Shown: piece by piece, positions 17,038-30,654 of the stretch
Position numbering within the stretch: position 1 is the first letter of the stretch
Layout: each line of letters starts with the position of its first letter
NCBI GenBank assembly: GCA_964016885.1
Contig: OZ024756.1
Location: 310,001-374,000 of the forward strand
DNA: 64,000 bases
Direction of reading: 5' to 3'
From: Eledone cirrhosa
Lineage: Eukaryota
The notes under the pieces: model-generated
What the model was told of the DNA's origin: nothing
What the model saw: the letters and a program-made list of their open reading frames with translations, nothing else
Databases searched by the model: none
Position numbers and translations under genes: made by a program

Positions 17038-17113
17038 CATATATATATACATATATATATATATATACATATATATATACATATATATATATATATACAC
17101 ATATCTATATATA

Positions 17114-17197
17114 TGCAAGGGTGGGACGGGTCTTATTCAGCACAGCATCTCTCCACTCATCACGGTCCCTCGTCATCTCCACCGTGAGCTTCAATGA
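17114..17197 (-). mobile_element. RTE family B 3' fragment
   Basis: Matches 55708-55791. Confidence 0.8.
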
Positions 17198-17317
17198 CTC
17201 ATATGACTCCAGTTCCCCAGTGAAATAACAACCCAACAAGGAACTGGGCATATCAGAGTATTGACAATATCATACACCTAAACAACATATGTACTTGTCT
17301 ATACCATACTAATTCAA

Positions 17318-17372
17318 ACTGCCTGAAGAGGTCACAGCCAAAGATGGCTGTCACTGAAATATATATAGCAGT
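17318..17372 (+). ncRNA. Minimal hammerhead ribozyme in a solo pLTR-like island (about 17200-17420)
   Basis: ACTGC-CTGAAGA-GGTcACAGCCA aaga TGGCTGTcACT-GAAA-tatataTA-GCAGT. Confidence 0.75.
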
Positions 17373-17416
17373 AATAAACGAAGCTAAATTTTAATCATTT
17401 GACTTTTATTTAACTT

Positions 17417-17582
<166 letters not shown>

Positions 17583-17583
17583 G

Positions 17584-17732
<149 letters not shown>

Positions 17733-17747
17733 GTATATATATATATA

Positions 17748-17870
<123 letters not shown>

Positions 17871-17894
17871 TATATAAACATATATATATATATA

Positions 17895-18385
17895 TTTTAC
17901 TCTTTTACCTGTTTCAGCCATCCGGCTGAGGCCATGCTGGGGCACCGCCATTGTTGCTACACATTTTATCTCCAGCCTGTATAGGTTGGCCACTGGTGTA
18001 AGAGGGAGTTTGTTGCTGCTGCCCTTAGGTTTCCCTCGTGTCTTGCTGTGGGCTCATCCGGGATCCTGGACAACAAGGCATCGAGATGTTTCTTGAAGAC
18101 ATCCACCTCCACTTTCATGCAAATCTCTCAGATCTTTCGATAGCCTGTTGAAGAGTTGAGGGCCCTTGAATCCCAGGCTATTGCAATACCTGCTCCTTAT
18201 TCTAGATGTGGAAGACAGGACCTTTGGCACCACACAGTGACGTCCTGTTCGACGGTTGGTCCAACTCCAAATGCCAAAGTTTGGTGCTAGTCCCTCCAGG
18301 ATTTTCCACATGTAGATCACTGCGTATCTCTGCCGTCTTCGCTCCAAGGAGCAGAGGTTCAGTTCCTTTAGCCTCCCAGTAGCTT
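17895..18385 (-). mobile_element. CR1/L2-type LINE 3' end with (taaaagag)n tail
   Basis: LERRRQRYAVIYMWKILEGLAPN...SLGFKGPQLFNRLSKDLRDL; the same tail occurs alone at 36048-36092. Confidence 0.75.
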
Positions 18386-18681
18386 GTCTCCCTCATCTTG
18401 GCAATCCTCTTGGTGTAGCTTCGTTGGATTGCCTCATTTTGTAAAATTGTTGTTGTTGTTGGTGGTGATGACGATGATGCTGCTGATGCTGCTGCTGCTG
18501 CTGCTGCTGCTGATGTTTTTGTTGTTACTGGGGGTAGTGGTGGTGATGTTGACAGATTTCAGTTCAGTTCATACAAAACCTATAGTCAGCAAAATTTAAA
18601 AGATGTCAGTCTGCGCGTGTGTGTTAGTGCACAAGTAGACTTATGTGTGTGTATTCATAAATATCTGTATACATATGTCTA

Positions 18682-18714
<33 letters not shown>

Positions 18715-18715
<1 letters not shown>

Positions 18716-19570
18716 CGATATTAATAAATGGAAACTATATTTATAAAACCATATTTATTTCATTATACATATTTCAGGGATACCAAATTAAAATATGGTA
18801 TGCCTTCATCAGACAAAATACAATATATAAACAGTTTTATAAATAATTTTGACGTACCCTATTAGATGCAACCATTATTTTTGGAAGCTGTCTGGATAGT
18901 GAAATGTTTATTATTTTATTAGTTATAGTGTTAAGCACAATTAGAAAAAGACGGAGAGAAAGAAAAGACGGAGAGAGAAAACATTTCACTATCCAGACAG
19001 CTTCCAAAAATAATGGTTGCATCTAATAGGGTACATCAAAATTATTTATAAAACTGTTTATATATTGTATTTTGTCTGATGAAGGCATACCATATTTTAA
19101 TTTGGTATCCCTGAAATATGTATAATGAAATAAATATGGTTTTATAAATATAGTTTCCATTTATTAATATCGTATATCTACTCCAAAAACTTGTCGAGTG
19201 CTTTATATCAGTTATAAAATATTTACTTGTTGTATCCCAACAATTTTAAATAGAACTTTTGCATATATATATATATATATGTGTGCATATATATATGCAA
19301 AAGTTCTATTTAAATTGTTGGGATACAACAAGCAAATATTTTTATAACTGATATAAAGCACTCAACATGTATTTGGAGTAAACATATTAACCGAGAGCTT
19401 CCAACAGAAATGGTTGCATTTTTTTAGGGTATGTCAATATTTATTTATAAAACTGATGTATATTATATTTTGTCTGATGAAAGCATACCATAATTTAACT
19501 TGGTGTCCTTGAAATATGTATAATGAAATAAATATGGTTTTATAAATATAGTTTCCATTTGTTAATATCA
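18715..19570. mobile_element. Fold-back pLTR element family C with extra nested partial arms; hammerhead-like motifs at about 18760-18815 (-), 19075-19125 (+) and 19473-19522 (+)
   Basis: 18715-18909 is inverted relative to 18979-19173; CTGATGA-AGGcATACCA...TGGTATcCCT-GAAA-tatgTA. Confidence 0.8.
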
Positions 19571-19703
19571 TATATATATATATATATATATATATGTCTA
19601 TGTGTATATATATGTATATATGTCTATGTGCATATATATATATATGTCTATGTGCATATATATATATGCCTATGTGCATATATATATATGTCTATGTGCA
19701 TGC

Positions 19704-20815
19704 ATCATCATCATCATCATCACCGTTTTACGTCCGTTCTTCCACGCTAGCATGGGTTAGACGGGTTGTCCTGTTGTGGGCAGTGTCTGGTCGGCTGACC
19801 ATGCCTTGCTCATACAGGAACTGATCTGGCTTGATTTCTACAGCTGGATGCCCTTCCTAACACCAACCTCATTTACAGTGAGTGCTGGGTGCTTTTTCGT
19901 GGCGCCTACACGTCCACTTTACAGTGTGGGCTGGGTGCTTTTTTTGCCGTGGCACCTCCACGACCACCTTGCGGTGGGGGGGGGGGGGGGGGGCATATTG
20001 TTTATATGCTTCAGCATGTACCCATGGGAGGTCGGGTACCCTGTATTACTGCGTGACGCCAGAAGTCACGGTCGTGTGTCATTGACTTTGAGAGGTGTAG
20101 TTGGGTAAGGTCGGCTTTTATCACCTCATCCCAAGTCATCTTGGGTCTCCCCACTCCGCGGTTTCCATCAACTTCTAGTGCTCTGCACCTTTTTATGCAG
20201 CTGTCATCCTTCATACGCATCACATGTCCATACCAGCGTAACCGCCTCTCCTGCACGCAGCATTTGATTCCTCTTATGCTCAGTCTCTCTCTCAATTCAT
20301 TTATGCTTTGTCGTTCACGTATATTACTGTTACACATCCATCGGAGCATGCAGGCTTCGTTTCTCTCTAATCTACGTAAGTCTTCCACCTTCAGCGCCCA
20401 GGTCTCACTACCATGCAACATCGCTGTTCGGATACACGCATCATACAGTCTGCCTTTCATTCTGAGGGAGAAGCCTTTTGCAGCTAGCAGTGGTAGTAGT
20501 TCCCTAAACTTCTTCCATCCCGTTCTTACCCTAGTTATTGTACTTTCTGAGCACCCACCTCCGTTGCTAATTCGGTCACCTAGGTAGCAGAAGCTGTCTA
20601 CTGTTTCTACAGGGCCCTCCCAGAGATTGGTGGTACTTGTTTCCTGTGGCTGTTTGCTTGCTGTTTCAGCACAGCTGCTGCATGTGAATCCTACATTCTT
20701 AATTAAGCTTCCTGAGATCCCGCTACATCTCTTGTGTACCCATTGTTTGCATTTGGGGCAAAGAATGGAGTTCCTACCTACACCTTTCCTACATACTGAG
20801 CAAGGCCATTTCCCA
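19704..20815 (-). mobile_element. RTE LINE, family A-related subfamily, 5'-truncated, (ATG)n tail
   Basis: ORF 20011-20460 with MLHGSETW and RRLRWYGHV; zinc-finger region at about 20680-20815; 3' UTR with the ggaagggcatccagc motif. Confidence 0.88.
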
Positions 20816-20892
20816 TATATATATGTATGTGTTTGTATATATGTGCATGTGTATGAATCATATTAGCTCTGATTGAGAATATAGAGTGTTCT

Positions 20893-20939
<47 letters not shown>

Positions 20940-21037
20940 CATTTATTTATAAACATACCGTATATCTAATGATATACAAAATTCACATACCCATATGTAT
21001 ACAGCTATGTCGGAACAAAAATTTTAATTATACACAT

Positions 21038-21114
<77 letters not shown>

Positions 21115-21309
21115 TAAAAGGAAAAGAAAATGCTGACAAATTGTTCCCAGTGAAAAATGGTTTAATTAGGAATAAGTAAAAATTAGTAATAAGTATTGGT
21201 TAGTATTCAGTTTGGGTTTTAAGTTTTTACCGGTTGCGCATTTCTAATGCTTTTCAAAAATAATTTTGAGATAGAGCGCCCGTGATGTTTGCTCTAATCT
21301 CTATGTATG

Positions 21310-21365
<56 letters not shown>

Positions 21366-21366
<1 letters not shown>

Positions 21367-21755
21367 TTCGTTCTTGAATTTGTTTTGCAATATTTCTCAT
21401 CTGAAAACGTGTGTTGAAACAGATATTGTTATACTTTGGGAGGGTCATGCTGCCAATAAAAACACACACACACACCAGTTGGTTCTCAGTTCAATTTATT
21501 TTAGACTTATATCCTTTCTCCTATGCTATGGGCTGTTTCACCTCTGTATGTCATGTTCAGCCCGTAGTATAGGAGAACACTGGCAAGAACTCCAGAATGG
21601 GAAAAACTCATCAGTACTCCACCAACATGCCAAAACAGAACATAGGGGCACATTAGAGAACAGAGATAAAAATTATATCCACACACAGAAAAGATGCAAT
21701 CTCAGAAGCAACAAACATAAACGAACTCCAACCAAAATTAAACAGAAAACATGAG
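21366..21755 (+). mobile_element. PLE family B-related remnant (inverted pLTR end plus GIY-YIG C-terminus)
   Basis: 21366-21500 resembles the reverse complement of 10855-10980; SARSIGEHWQELQNGKNSSVLHQHAKTEH resembles the 4393-4764 protein. Confidence 0.75.
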
Positions 21756-21779
21756 TGGAATAGCAACATCACAACTAGA

Positions 21780-22125
21780 GAAAGGTGGTGTGGGTGGAAG
21801 TGGGAGGATGGAGTAGGGGTATTGGAGTGGGGTGTATATTTGATTAAGAGGTGCCTACTGACTGTAGGTTAACTTTGGATGTAGGGAAGGCGGGTCTTCT
21901 GTATTACTGCATAGCACTAAAGGTCTCGAACCAGGGACATTGACTTAGAGAGTGAAAAATCACTTTTTATCATGTCACCCAAGGTTTTTCTGGGCCTACC
22001 TACTCCATAGCTTCCATCAATTTTGATCGCCCTGCACTTTTTTTTATACAACTATTGTCTTTCATGGGCATCACATGACTATACCAACGTAATCCCCTCT
22101 CAAGTAAACTACATCTGATCCCTCA
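21780..22125 (-). mobile_element. Degenerate RTE family A 3' fragment
   Basis: Similar to 28080-28425. Confidence 0.7.
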
Positions 22126-22200
22126 TATATATATGTCTAACCCATGCTAGCATGGAAGAACGGACATAAAACGGTGATGATGATATATATATATATATAT

Positions 22201-22535
22201 GGAGGCACATGGCTTAGTGGTTAGAGCATTGGCCTTGCAATCAAAAGGTTGTGAGTTCAATTCTCAGATCCGGTGATGTGTTGTTTCTTTGAGCAAGACA
22301 CTTTATTTCACATTGCTCCAGTTTACTCAGCTGTAGAAATGAGATGATAGGGACTGGGGTCTCTATCATTCCACTGCAAAGTGGATGTGTAGGTGCCACA
22401 GCAAAAAAGCACCCAGCACTCACTGTAAATGAGGTTAGTGTTAGGAAGGGCATCCAGCTGTAGAAATCAAGCCAGAAACAGTTCCCGTCCCACCCTTGCA
22501 AGCAGGAAAAAGCGGACGTATGATGATGATGATGA
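22201..22535 (+). mobile_element. tRNA-derived SINE with RTE family B tail
   Basis: Head GGAGGCACATGGCTTAGTGG (A box) and GAGTTCAATTC (B box); tail cccgtcccacccttgcaagcagg...(TGA)n; second copy at 24917-25242 (-). Confidence 0.88.
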
Positions 22536-22790
22536 TACATACACACAGACACTTTATTTTATCTTAATGGGAGTATATATATACACACACACAGATATGC
22601 TTTATTTTATCTTAATGGGAGCATAAATATATGTGTGTGTGTATGTGTTTAGAGGAGATATATGTTAACAATATATCAGTGAGACTGGGTCCATTTTATT
22701 AATTTTGACTGAAGTTTACTGAAGAGGTAGGTATAAACCTATACACAACAGCTCTTCATATAATAGGGAGTTTTCAGTTTTTATTTACAG

Positions 22791-22885
22791 GAACACAAGG
22801 ACCTAAGATTTCATGGACAGATATGAGAACTTTTGACATTCTCAAGAACAGTGCTACCAAAAGTAGATCCCATGAAATGTCTTAA
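22791..22885 (+). CDS. Candidate terminal coding exon of an unidentified host gene
   Basis: Acceptor ttttcagtttttatttacag, open frame xTQGPKISWTDMRTFDILKNSATKSRSHEMS*, AATAAA at 22884 and 22919; no homology recognised. Confidence 0.25.
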
Positions 22886-23004
22886 TAAAAATTATTATTA
22901 TTGTTTTTTCCACATATGAATAAATTCTCTTGATACTGAACCAACTAAAAGTGGTGATATTTATCTAAAAGCTTTCAATTATAATAATTTTAGGTAAGAA
23001 CCTT

Positions 23005-23240
23005 TGTTAAGTTATGTTCCAAACACCAGCTTAATAATGAGGAAGTTATATTACTAAATGTTTTCCAAATTATTGATTATCTCAAAATCATTTGAAAATC
23101 CTCTTCGTTAGAAATATGGTAATGAAAGATATGTCTTCATACTTTTATTAACATATTTCAAATAATCAACAATTTGGAAGGTTTTAGTAATATAACTTTC
23201 TCATAATTAAGCTGGTGTTTGGAACGTAACATAATAAAGC
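23005..23240. mobile_element. Inverted pair of MITE-like fragments
   Basis: gttccaaacaccagcttaat...ttccaaattattgattat (23016-23080) is inverted relative to 23161-23225. Confidence 0.55.
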
Positions 23241-24254
23241 TTCTTATTCTAAAACAACAGTTTTGGAACCAAAAATGGTTTCAGGAAGTCTGGTAAAAAT
23301 GGGTTAAAATTGGGATGACATATTTTGTTGGGGTTATTTTTTGTGTGTTTTGAATGAATACAGCCTTCAAAATGGTTGGCAATTGGTAAAAACAAATAAG
23401 GATTGGAATTGTGAAACAAAAACTTTACTTAGGCTGGCCTCTTGAATTAATGGTACAACTCATTTTTGCCTGTTGCGAGGAATGGAGCAACGTAAAATAA
23501 AGCATCTTGCTCAAGGACACAATGCAATGCCCTGTTCAGGAGAGGAAATCAAACTGATGGTCTTGTGAGCCAAACACCCTAACCTCTAAGCCACAGCTCT
23601 TCATATGACATGATAATGCATGCCTCTGTCAAAGACATCAGCAATGTTAATATGATATGACAGTTTAATGGCAAGAGGGTTGGATGTGAGAATATATAGA
23701 GGCGGAGGAGAGATTATAGAGGGTGGTGTGGGTAAGATAGGAACTCTGTCTACTGAAACGTTAGGGAAGATTTTTGAGTTAAGAAGTCAAAACATGTAGT
23801 GTTATATAAAGGCTAGAGCTGTCTAAATATTATATCTTGATGATCAATATAGCTACGTAGAGAGATCTGATGGTGGCGGTGGTTGCTGTGGTTGTGGTGG
23901 TTGTTCTGATGGTGGTGGTGGTTGCTGTGCTGGTGGTTGTTGTGGTGGTGGTGGTGGTTGTGGTTATTGTGGTGGTGGTGATGATGGTGGTGGTTGTTGC
24001 GGTGGTAGTAGTAGTTGTGGAGGCAATAGTAGTAGTAGTAGCAGCAGAAGTGACACTCTGATCCTTGTCCTTATCTGACAAAAGCAAAATGTAACAAATT
24101 TTCCAGCTTCACTTTTAAGCCAATATATCATATTTTATCAACATCACACACATACATATATACACACACACATAAACATACACACACAAAGTGACCCTCC
24201 AGTTCAACAAAACATACGTTCCTATTATGGCGCCATTGTAGCAACTGGCCTTAA

Positions 24255-24294
<40 letters not shown>

Positions 24295-24415
24295 ATCATC
24301 ATCATCACCGTTTTACGTTCATTCTTCCATGCTAGCATGGGTTAGACGAGTTGTCCTTTTGTGGGCAATGCCAGGTTAGGTGACCATGTACATGTATATT
24401 TTATTTCTCATTCTT

Positions 24416-24451
24416 TCTTCTGATGAAGGACTAGCGTCTGAAACGTTAAGA
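24416..24451 (+). ncRNA. Minimal hammerhead in solo pLTR (about 24400-24545); homolog at 31797-31830
   Basis: TCTT-CTGATGA-A-GGAC tagc GTCT-GAAACGTT-AAGA; palindromic stem III AACGTT. Confidence 0.7.
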
Positions 24452-24694
24452 CACTCTTCCTGCAATATCAAGCGTTAACCAAATATATACCTTCCATATA
24501 CTGTACCGATTGTGTTGTTATTTCTGTTTACCTTTTACATACATGCATATATATATATATATATTTATAAAACCATATTTATTTTATTATATATATTTCA
24601 AGGGCAACCAAGACATTTAATATATATATATATAACTACCTTGATTAAATCTTAACCATTTAACATCTCAGGGTATGTCATGTATCATTATATT

Positions 24695-24742
24695 TTGTCT
24701 GATGAGGACGTACTGTTGTACATCCGAAATATGTATAATAAA
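24695..24742 (+). ncRNA. Minimal hammerhead in family C-like pLTR (about 24660-24895)
   Basis: CTGATGA-GGAcGTAC tgtt GTACaTCC-GAAA-tatgTA. Confidence 0.65.
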
Positions 24743-24916
24743 ATGTAATTGATCAAAAGAACATCTATTTTATTAATATTTATATTTTAATATTAATAAC
24801 TCCGGAAGATTATTTTTTTTTCCGTAGAGTGCTTCCAATCTACTGTAAAACTCATTCTTTGACATACTCATTGAATATTGTTTAAAACTTTAATATATAT
24901 CATACATACATACATA

Positions 24917-25242
24917 CATCATTTTTACGTACGCTTTTCCCTGCTTGCAAGGGTGGGATGGGACTGATTCTGGCTTGATTTCTACAGCTGGATGCCCTTC
25001 CTAACACCAACCTCATTTACAGTGAGTGCTGGGTGCTTTTTTGCCATGGCACCTCCACGACCACGTTGCAGTGGAGTGATATGGACCCCAGTCCTATCAT
25101 CTCATTTCTACAGCTGAGTAAACTGGAGCAATGTGAAATAAAGTGTCTTGCTCAAGGAAACAACACATCACCCGGTCTGAGAATTGAACTCACAACCTTT
25201 CGATTGCAAGGCCAATGCTCTAACCACTAAGCCATGTGCCTC
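24917..25242 (-). mobile_element. tRNA-derived SINE (same family as 22201-22535)
   Basis: Full-length reverse-complement match to 22201-22535. Confidence 0.88.
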
Positions 25243-25244
25243 CA

Positions 25245-25410
25245 AAGTTGTAGACTAATGTTCTCTTAGGTGGTTCATAGAGACGTTCTCTGGCAATGAA
25301 CGGAAAAAACGAAGATGATACGTCAATATGACGTATTATCTTCGTTTTTTTTCCGTTCATTGCCAGAGAACGTCTCTATGAACCACCTAAGAGAACATTA
25401 GTCTACAACT
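25245..25410. repeat. Near-perfect ~80-bp-arm hairpin
   Basis: aagttgtagactaatgttctcttagg...tacgtca ata tgacgta...cctaagagaacattagtctacaactt; diverged partial third copy at 25470-25530. Confidence 0.9.
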
Positions 25411-26081
25411 TCTTTTATACCATAAATGTGGTCCTGTCTTTGCGTGTAATTGTTTTTCACCGCTCCTATTAATGACGTATTATATTCGTTTTTTCCCCGT
25501 TCTTTGCCAGGGAACGTTTCCACGAACCAAAATATCGTCTTACTGTTTTCCTCCGGTTGCAACGTTTTTTTAAATATCCACTTCTGCATTTACATATTGA
25601 CTTTGTTAGTTTCAGAAGATCCAGTTATGGGTGAAAGCAGCGATTCTTTAATCTGTTATTTTAATAAATATATATATATGCCAACTCGTTTTCGAGTACG
25701 GCCACTACTTTATATCCATGTAGGAGGACCCCTACCGATGCGCTGAACAAGTGTGACTTTTTAGTCCAGCCAGCGACTTGAAAACTCTGGTACAAACACT
25801 ACACTTGTGACAATTATTGACACATAGTACTGGGCCCATGGTACCATGTGACGACAAGTGCAGAGAGATCTCCAGATATAAAGCAATGCCTGTGCCGTGA
25901 AGCTTTTATAGTGAGCAAAGGCACTGCACAAAGCCAGTCCCACTCTCTTAACCAAGATGATATTTACCAAAAAGAAGAACAAGTCAACATCATTGGATAC
26001 CATCAGAGTTGCAGGTGTTATATCAGAGTTTTCCTTCTCTTAGAATTCTGCCTTGACAAAGGCTAAGGGGTCATCTCTCCT

Positions 26082-26125
<44 letters not shown>

Positions 26126-26290
26126 CTTCCCACACTTTGTCTTTCCTTCCACGCATTACCTATTTTGATCATGCTTTATTTTTATTTATTATTTATTATA
26201 TTTTTGTCTTTATTTGTTAATTTTTCATTCGCACCGTTTCCTTTCGCTATATGTCTCTCCACCACTCCCCTACACACCTTTTGAATTCTC

Positions 26291-26322
26291 ACCTGAAGAA
26301 GGGCTTATGCCCGAAACGTCGT
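26291..26322 (+). ncRNA. Minimal hammerhead in solo pLTR (about 26120-26410)
   Basis: AC-CTGAAGA-A-GGGC ttat GCCC-GAAAC-GTC-GT. Confidence 0.75.
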
Positions 26323-26746
26323 CCCCCACCTACACCCCACTCTCCTGAGCGTGAATTTAATAAACATTTGTCGTACTGCCTCTCTGTTCTGTCCCTGTTC
26401 AATTTTTCATTATATATATATATATATACTGTGTATAAAGAGAGTAGTTGTAGAAATCCCCCACCCCCTTTGCCTTCCTGTTAAGCTGTTATTAACACTA
26501 CTGCTACTGATGCTACTACTACTACAACTACTAAACAGGTGTAGTGGTAGTGACATTTGACCTGCTCTGTTACTACCACCACCACAACTGCCACCACCAA
26601 CACTACTACTACTAGTAAACAGGTGTAGTGGTAGTGACATTTGACCTGCTTTGCTAGTCATACCAACAGTAGGTTAATTGAAATCAGCCAACAGAAAACA
26701 GGTTGCTGACAATATGGAGAGAGAGAGAAAGAGATTGTGTGTGTGA

Positions 26747-27764
26747 TCATCATCATCAACGTTTAACATCCATGTTCCACGCTTGCATGGGTTTGGACAG
26801 GGGTATTTCCCACTTGAGGCAAGAGTGATTGTCTTGCTCGCATAGGACTGTCTGGCGGGTTTTCTACAGCTGGATGCCCTTCCTAACACCAACCACATTT
26901 ACAGTGTGGGGCTGGGAGGTTTTTACCGTGTTGCCTACACGGCTACATTACAGCGTGGACTGTCTGGCGGGTTTTCTACGGCTGGATGCCCTTCCTAACA
27001 CCAACCACATTTACAGTGTGGGACTGGGAGGTTTTTACCGTGTTGCCTACACGGCCACATTACAGCGTGGACTGTGTGTTTTTTTGTCATGACACCTACA
27101 CGATCTCATTTGTTTCGGCCTGGATGTTGTGGCACCAACATAACTTTACATTGAAAGGGGCGGTGTGGATGGGGTGGGGGTGGTGGGACGGGGGTGTATT
27201 TTGTTAGAGATGCCTACTGACTAGTAGGTTTTATTTTGTATTTAGGTAAGGCGGGTCTTCTCTATTACTGAGTACCGCCAAAGGTCTCGGTCCAGTGACA
27301 TTGTCTTGGAGAGGTGTAAGTGTGTGAGGTCGGAATTTATCAGCTCGTCCCAGGTTTTTCTGGGTCTGCCTACTCCGTGGCTACCGTCTATCTTTATTGC
27401 CCTGCACTTTGTTATACAGCTATCGTCTTTTTAATGCGCATCACGTGACCATACCAACGTAGCCTTCTCTCGAGTAAACAACATCTGATCCCTCTTATTT
27501 CTATTTTTTTCTTTAGTTCGTTTATGCTTTGCCGTTCACGTATATTACTATTACACATCCAGCGGAGCATGCAAGCTTCGTTCCTCTCCAGTCTGCGTAT
27601 ATCCTCTGCACACAATGCCCAGGTCTCACTGCCATGCAACATTGCTGTTCGTATGCAGGCATCATACAACCTGCCTTTCATTTTTAGGGAGAACCCTTTA
27701 GCGGCTAATAGTGGTATAAGCTCTCTGAACTTTTTCCATCCAGTTCTGACTCTAGCTACTGTAC
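26747..27764 (-). mobile_element. RTE family A, 5'-truncated, with duplicated 3' UTR unit
   Basis: ORF 27412-27798 matches the family A protein; (ATG)n tail at about 26747. Confidence 0.9.
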
Positions 27765-27777
27765 TATATATATATAT

Positions 27778-29655
27778 CATCATCATCATCATCATCATCG
27801 TTTAACCTCCATCTTCCACGCTTGCATGGGTTAGACGGGAATTGTCCCAATTTCAGGCAAGGCTGGTCGGGTGACCGTATCTCGCCCATACAGGACTATC
27901 TGGCATGTTTTCTACGGCTGGATGCCCTTCCTACCACCAACCACATTTACAATGTGGACAGGGAACTTTTTACCGTGTTACCTACACAACCACATTACAG
28001 CGTGGACTGGGTGTTTTTTGTTGGCCACATTACAGCGTGGACTGGATGTTTTGGTAGCAACTTTACAGAGAGAGGCTGATGTTGGTGGGAGTGGGAGGAT
28101 GGAGTAGGGGTAGTGGATTGGGGTGTATATTTGGTTAAGAGGTGCCTACTGACTGTAGGTTTCGCTTTGTACTTAGGCAAGGCAGGTCTTCTGTATTACT
28201 GCGTGGCGCCAAAGATCTCGGTCAAGTGACATTGTCTTAGTGAGGTGCAAGTGTGTAAGGTCGGAATTTATCAAATCGTCCAAGGTTTTTCTGGGTCTAC
28301 CTACTCTGTAACTTCCATGAATTTTGATCGCCCTGCACTTTTTTATACAGCTGTCGTCTTCCATGCACATCACGTGACCATACCAACGTAGTCTTCTTTC
28401 AAGTAAACAGCATCTGATCCCTCTTATTCCTAATTTCTCATTTAGTTCATTTATGCTTTGCCGTTCACGTATATTACTATTACACATCCAACTGAGCATG
28501 CATGCTTCGTTCCTTTCCAGTCTGTGCGGGTCCTCTGCTCACAACGCCCATGTCTCACTGCCATGTATGTAGCATTGATATTCGTATACAGGCGTCATAC
28601 AATCTGCCTTTCAGTTTTAGAAAGAAACCTTTTGTGGCCAACATCGGTATAAGCTCTCTGAACCTTTTCCATCCTGTTCTGACTCTGGCTACTGTACTTT
28701 CAGAGCACCCACCACCACTGCTGATTTTGTCACCCAGGTAACGGAAAGTGTCCACTATTTCTATAGAACCATCTGGGCAATAGAAGTAGCTAGTATCCTG
28801 TGGGCACTTGCTATTTATTCACCTGAGCATCGGCCACATATAAAATCTACGTTCTTAGATAGTTTATTTGTGATCCCACTACAACTTTTATGTACCCAAA
28901 GTTTGCATTTGGGACATAAAATGGAATTTCTACCTACTCCTTTCCTACACACTGAGCATGGCCATTTCCCAGAGGGCACCTGTGCCCTATTTTCCTTTCT
29001 ACATAGTTTTAGACAAGTTAACTTTAAGGCCTTTTGATTCTAGGCCATGCTTCCATGTTTGGAATTTCTTCTCTAGTTCAGCCATAGATTCAGCTATGAG
29101 AGTCAGATCATCTGCGTATAGGAGTTCCCATGGGCAGCCGGTCTTAAACTCCTGTTATAGCCTGAAGGGCAATAATAAATAGGAGGGGGCTAAGGACAGA
29201 GCCTTGATGAACACCAACTTTTACACTAAATTCTTCACTATATTCATTGTTAATTCTAACCTTAGCCAGTCATCTACACCTAGTTTTCTAAGAGCCCGCC
29301 AGATAATGGAGCGTGGGACTCTGTCAAAGGCTTTCTCCAGGTCTACAAAAGCTAAGTAGTGGGGTTTACTTTTAGCTAGGTACTTCTCCGTAGTTGTCGT
29401 ACAAGGAAAAGAGCGTCTGTGGTACTTTTATCTGACACAAACCCAAACTGCATTTCATCTAGATCAATTCGCTCTCTGATTAGTTGCGCTATTACTCTTT
29501 CTGTGACCTTCATGACCTGGTCGATTAATTTAATGCCTCTATAGTTTTCCCTATCTAGAGCATCTCCTTTACCCTTGTAGCAGTTAATGATGCTGCTGCT
29601 ACGCCAGTCTTTTGGTATGACTCCATTCAGTATTACTTGGTTTCTATACGGGTGT
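27778..29655 (-). mobile_element. Older RTE family A copy with RT domain, frameshifted
   Basis: Fragments FVDLEKAFDRVPR, VHQGSVLSPLLF, PWELLYADDL, RRLRWYGHV on the minus strand. Confidence 0.9.
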
Positions 29656-29927
29656 ATATATATATATTAAATATATATAATTATTTTATCTGATGAATAA
29701 GGTGGACGTTTCTGTAAGAATCGTCAAGGTTCTTGAAACCTTCTGTAATGGAATAATTATATTGTGTTGTTTATTATGTAATTATATATATATATATATA
29801 TATATAAATGTACACGTACATACATATATGTATACAGACGTACAGTAGTATGTATATATATATACATACATGCACACACATATATATATGTACGTATAGA
29901 TTCACCGAACATTTATTATAATGCTCG

Positions 29928-30064
29928 TTTATTTGAACCAGATCGATATTATAAACTTGATTTATTTGAACCAGATCGATATTATAAACTTGATTTATTT
30001 GAACCAGATCGATATTATAAACTTGATTTATTTGAACCAGATCGATATTATAAACTTGATTTAT
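29928..30064. repeat. 33-bp tandem repeat, about 4 copies
   Basis: Unit tttatttgaaccagatcgatattataaacttga; gaaccag at 29935, 29968, 30001, 30034. Confidence 0.95.
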
Positions 30065-30654
30065 TCCGACCCCAAAAAATCAGGACACTAGTTCAAAGAA
30101 ATCAGTTCATTAATAATGGTTTATTATGTCTTGTACTATTGTTATTGTTGTTGTTAATTTAGAATATTCCAGTCTGCTACAGAAGACTCCTGATAGCAAT
30201 TGGAGACCGAAGTAATTGATAGATGTAAGTATAGATGTAAATATTAAAGAATATAATAATAAAATAAATAAAAAGCTGTTCAATTATTTCATCTCTAAAG
30301 ATGGAGAGAGGAGGTCAATAGTCTGAACATTTATAATCATATTTTATCAACCCCGGAGAAATAAAAAATAAAATAAAAAATTAAATTTAAAAAAAAATGT
30401 CTTTAATAAAATTTTGATTCCAAATACAATCAATCTACAAGTTATTGAAATTTATAAAGTAATTGAAATTCTGTCAAGGCCTTCCAGCTAGATTTTTAAC
30501 CTTTTAACAACTGTTCTATGTTTTAAATAGATTCTATTCCTCAGTAACAAGAATTCCATCGACACAATACATATATATTCTGTTTTACACATAAAAGGAA
30601 TTAAAATTTGTAAACAATGCCATATTTAATTCATCATTGTCGTTGTCATTTCAC

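Noticed and set aside
18445-18550. Poly-Gln/Ser coding exon
   Set aside because: Mixed trinucleotide repeat without convincing splice sites or homology
22201-22275. tRNA gene
   Set aside because: Continues into a SINE body and RTE tail; no proper acceptor stem
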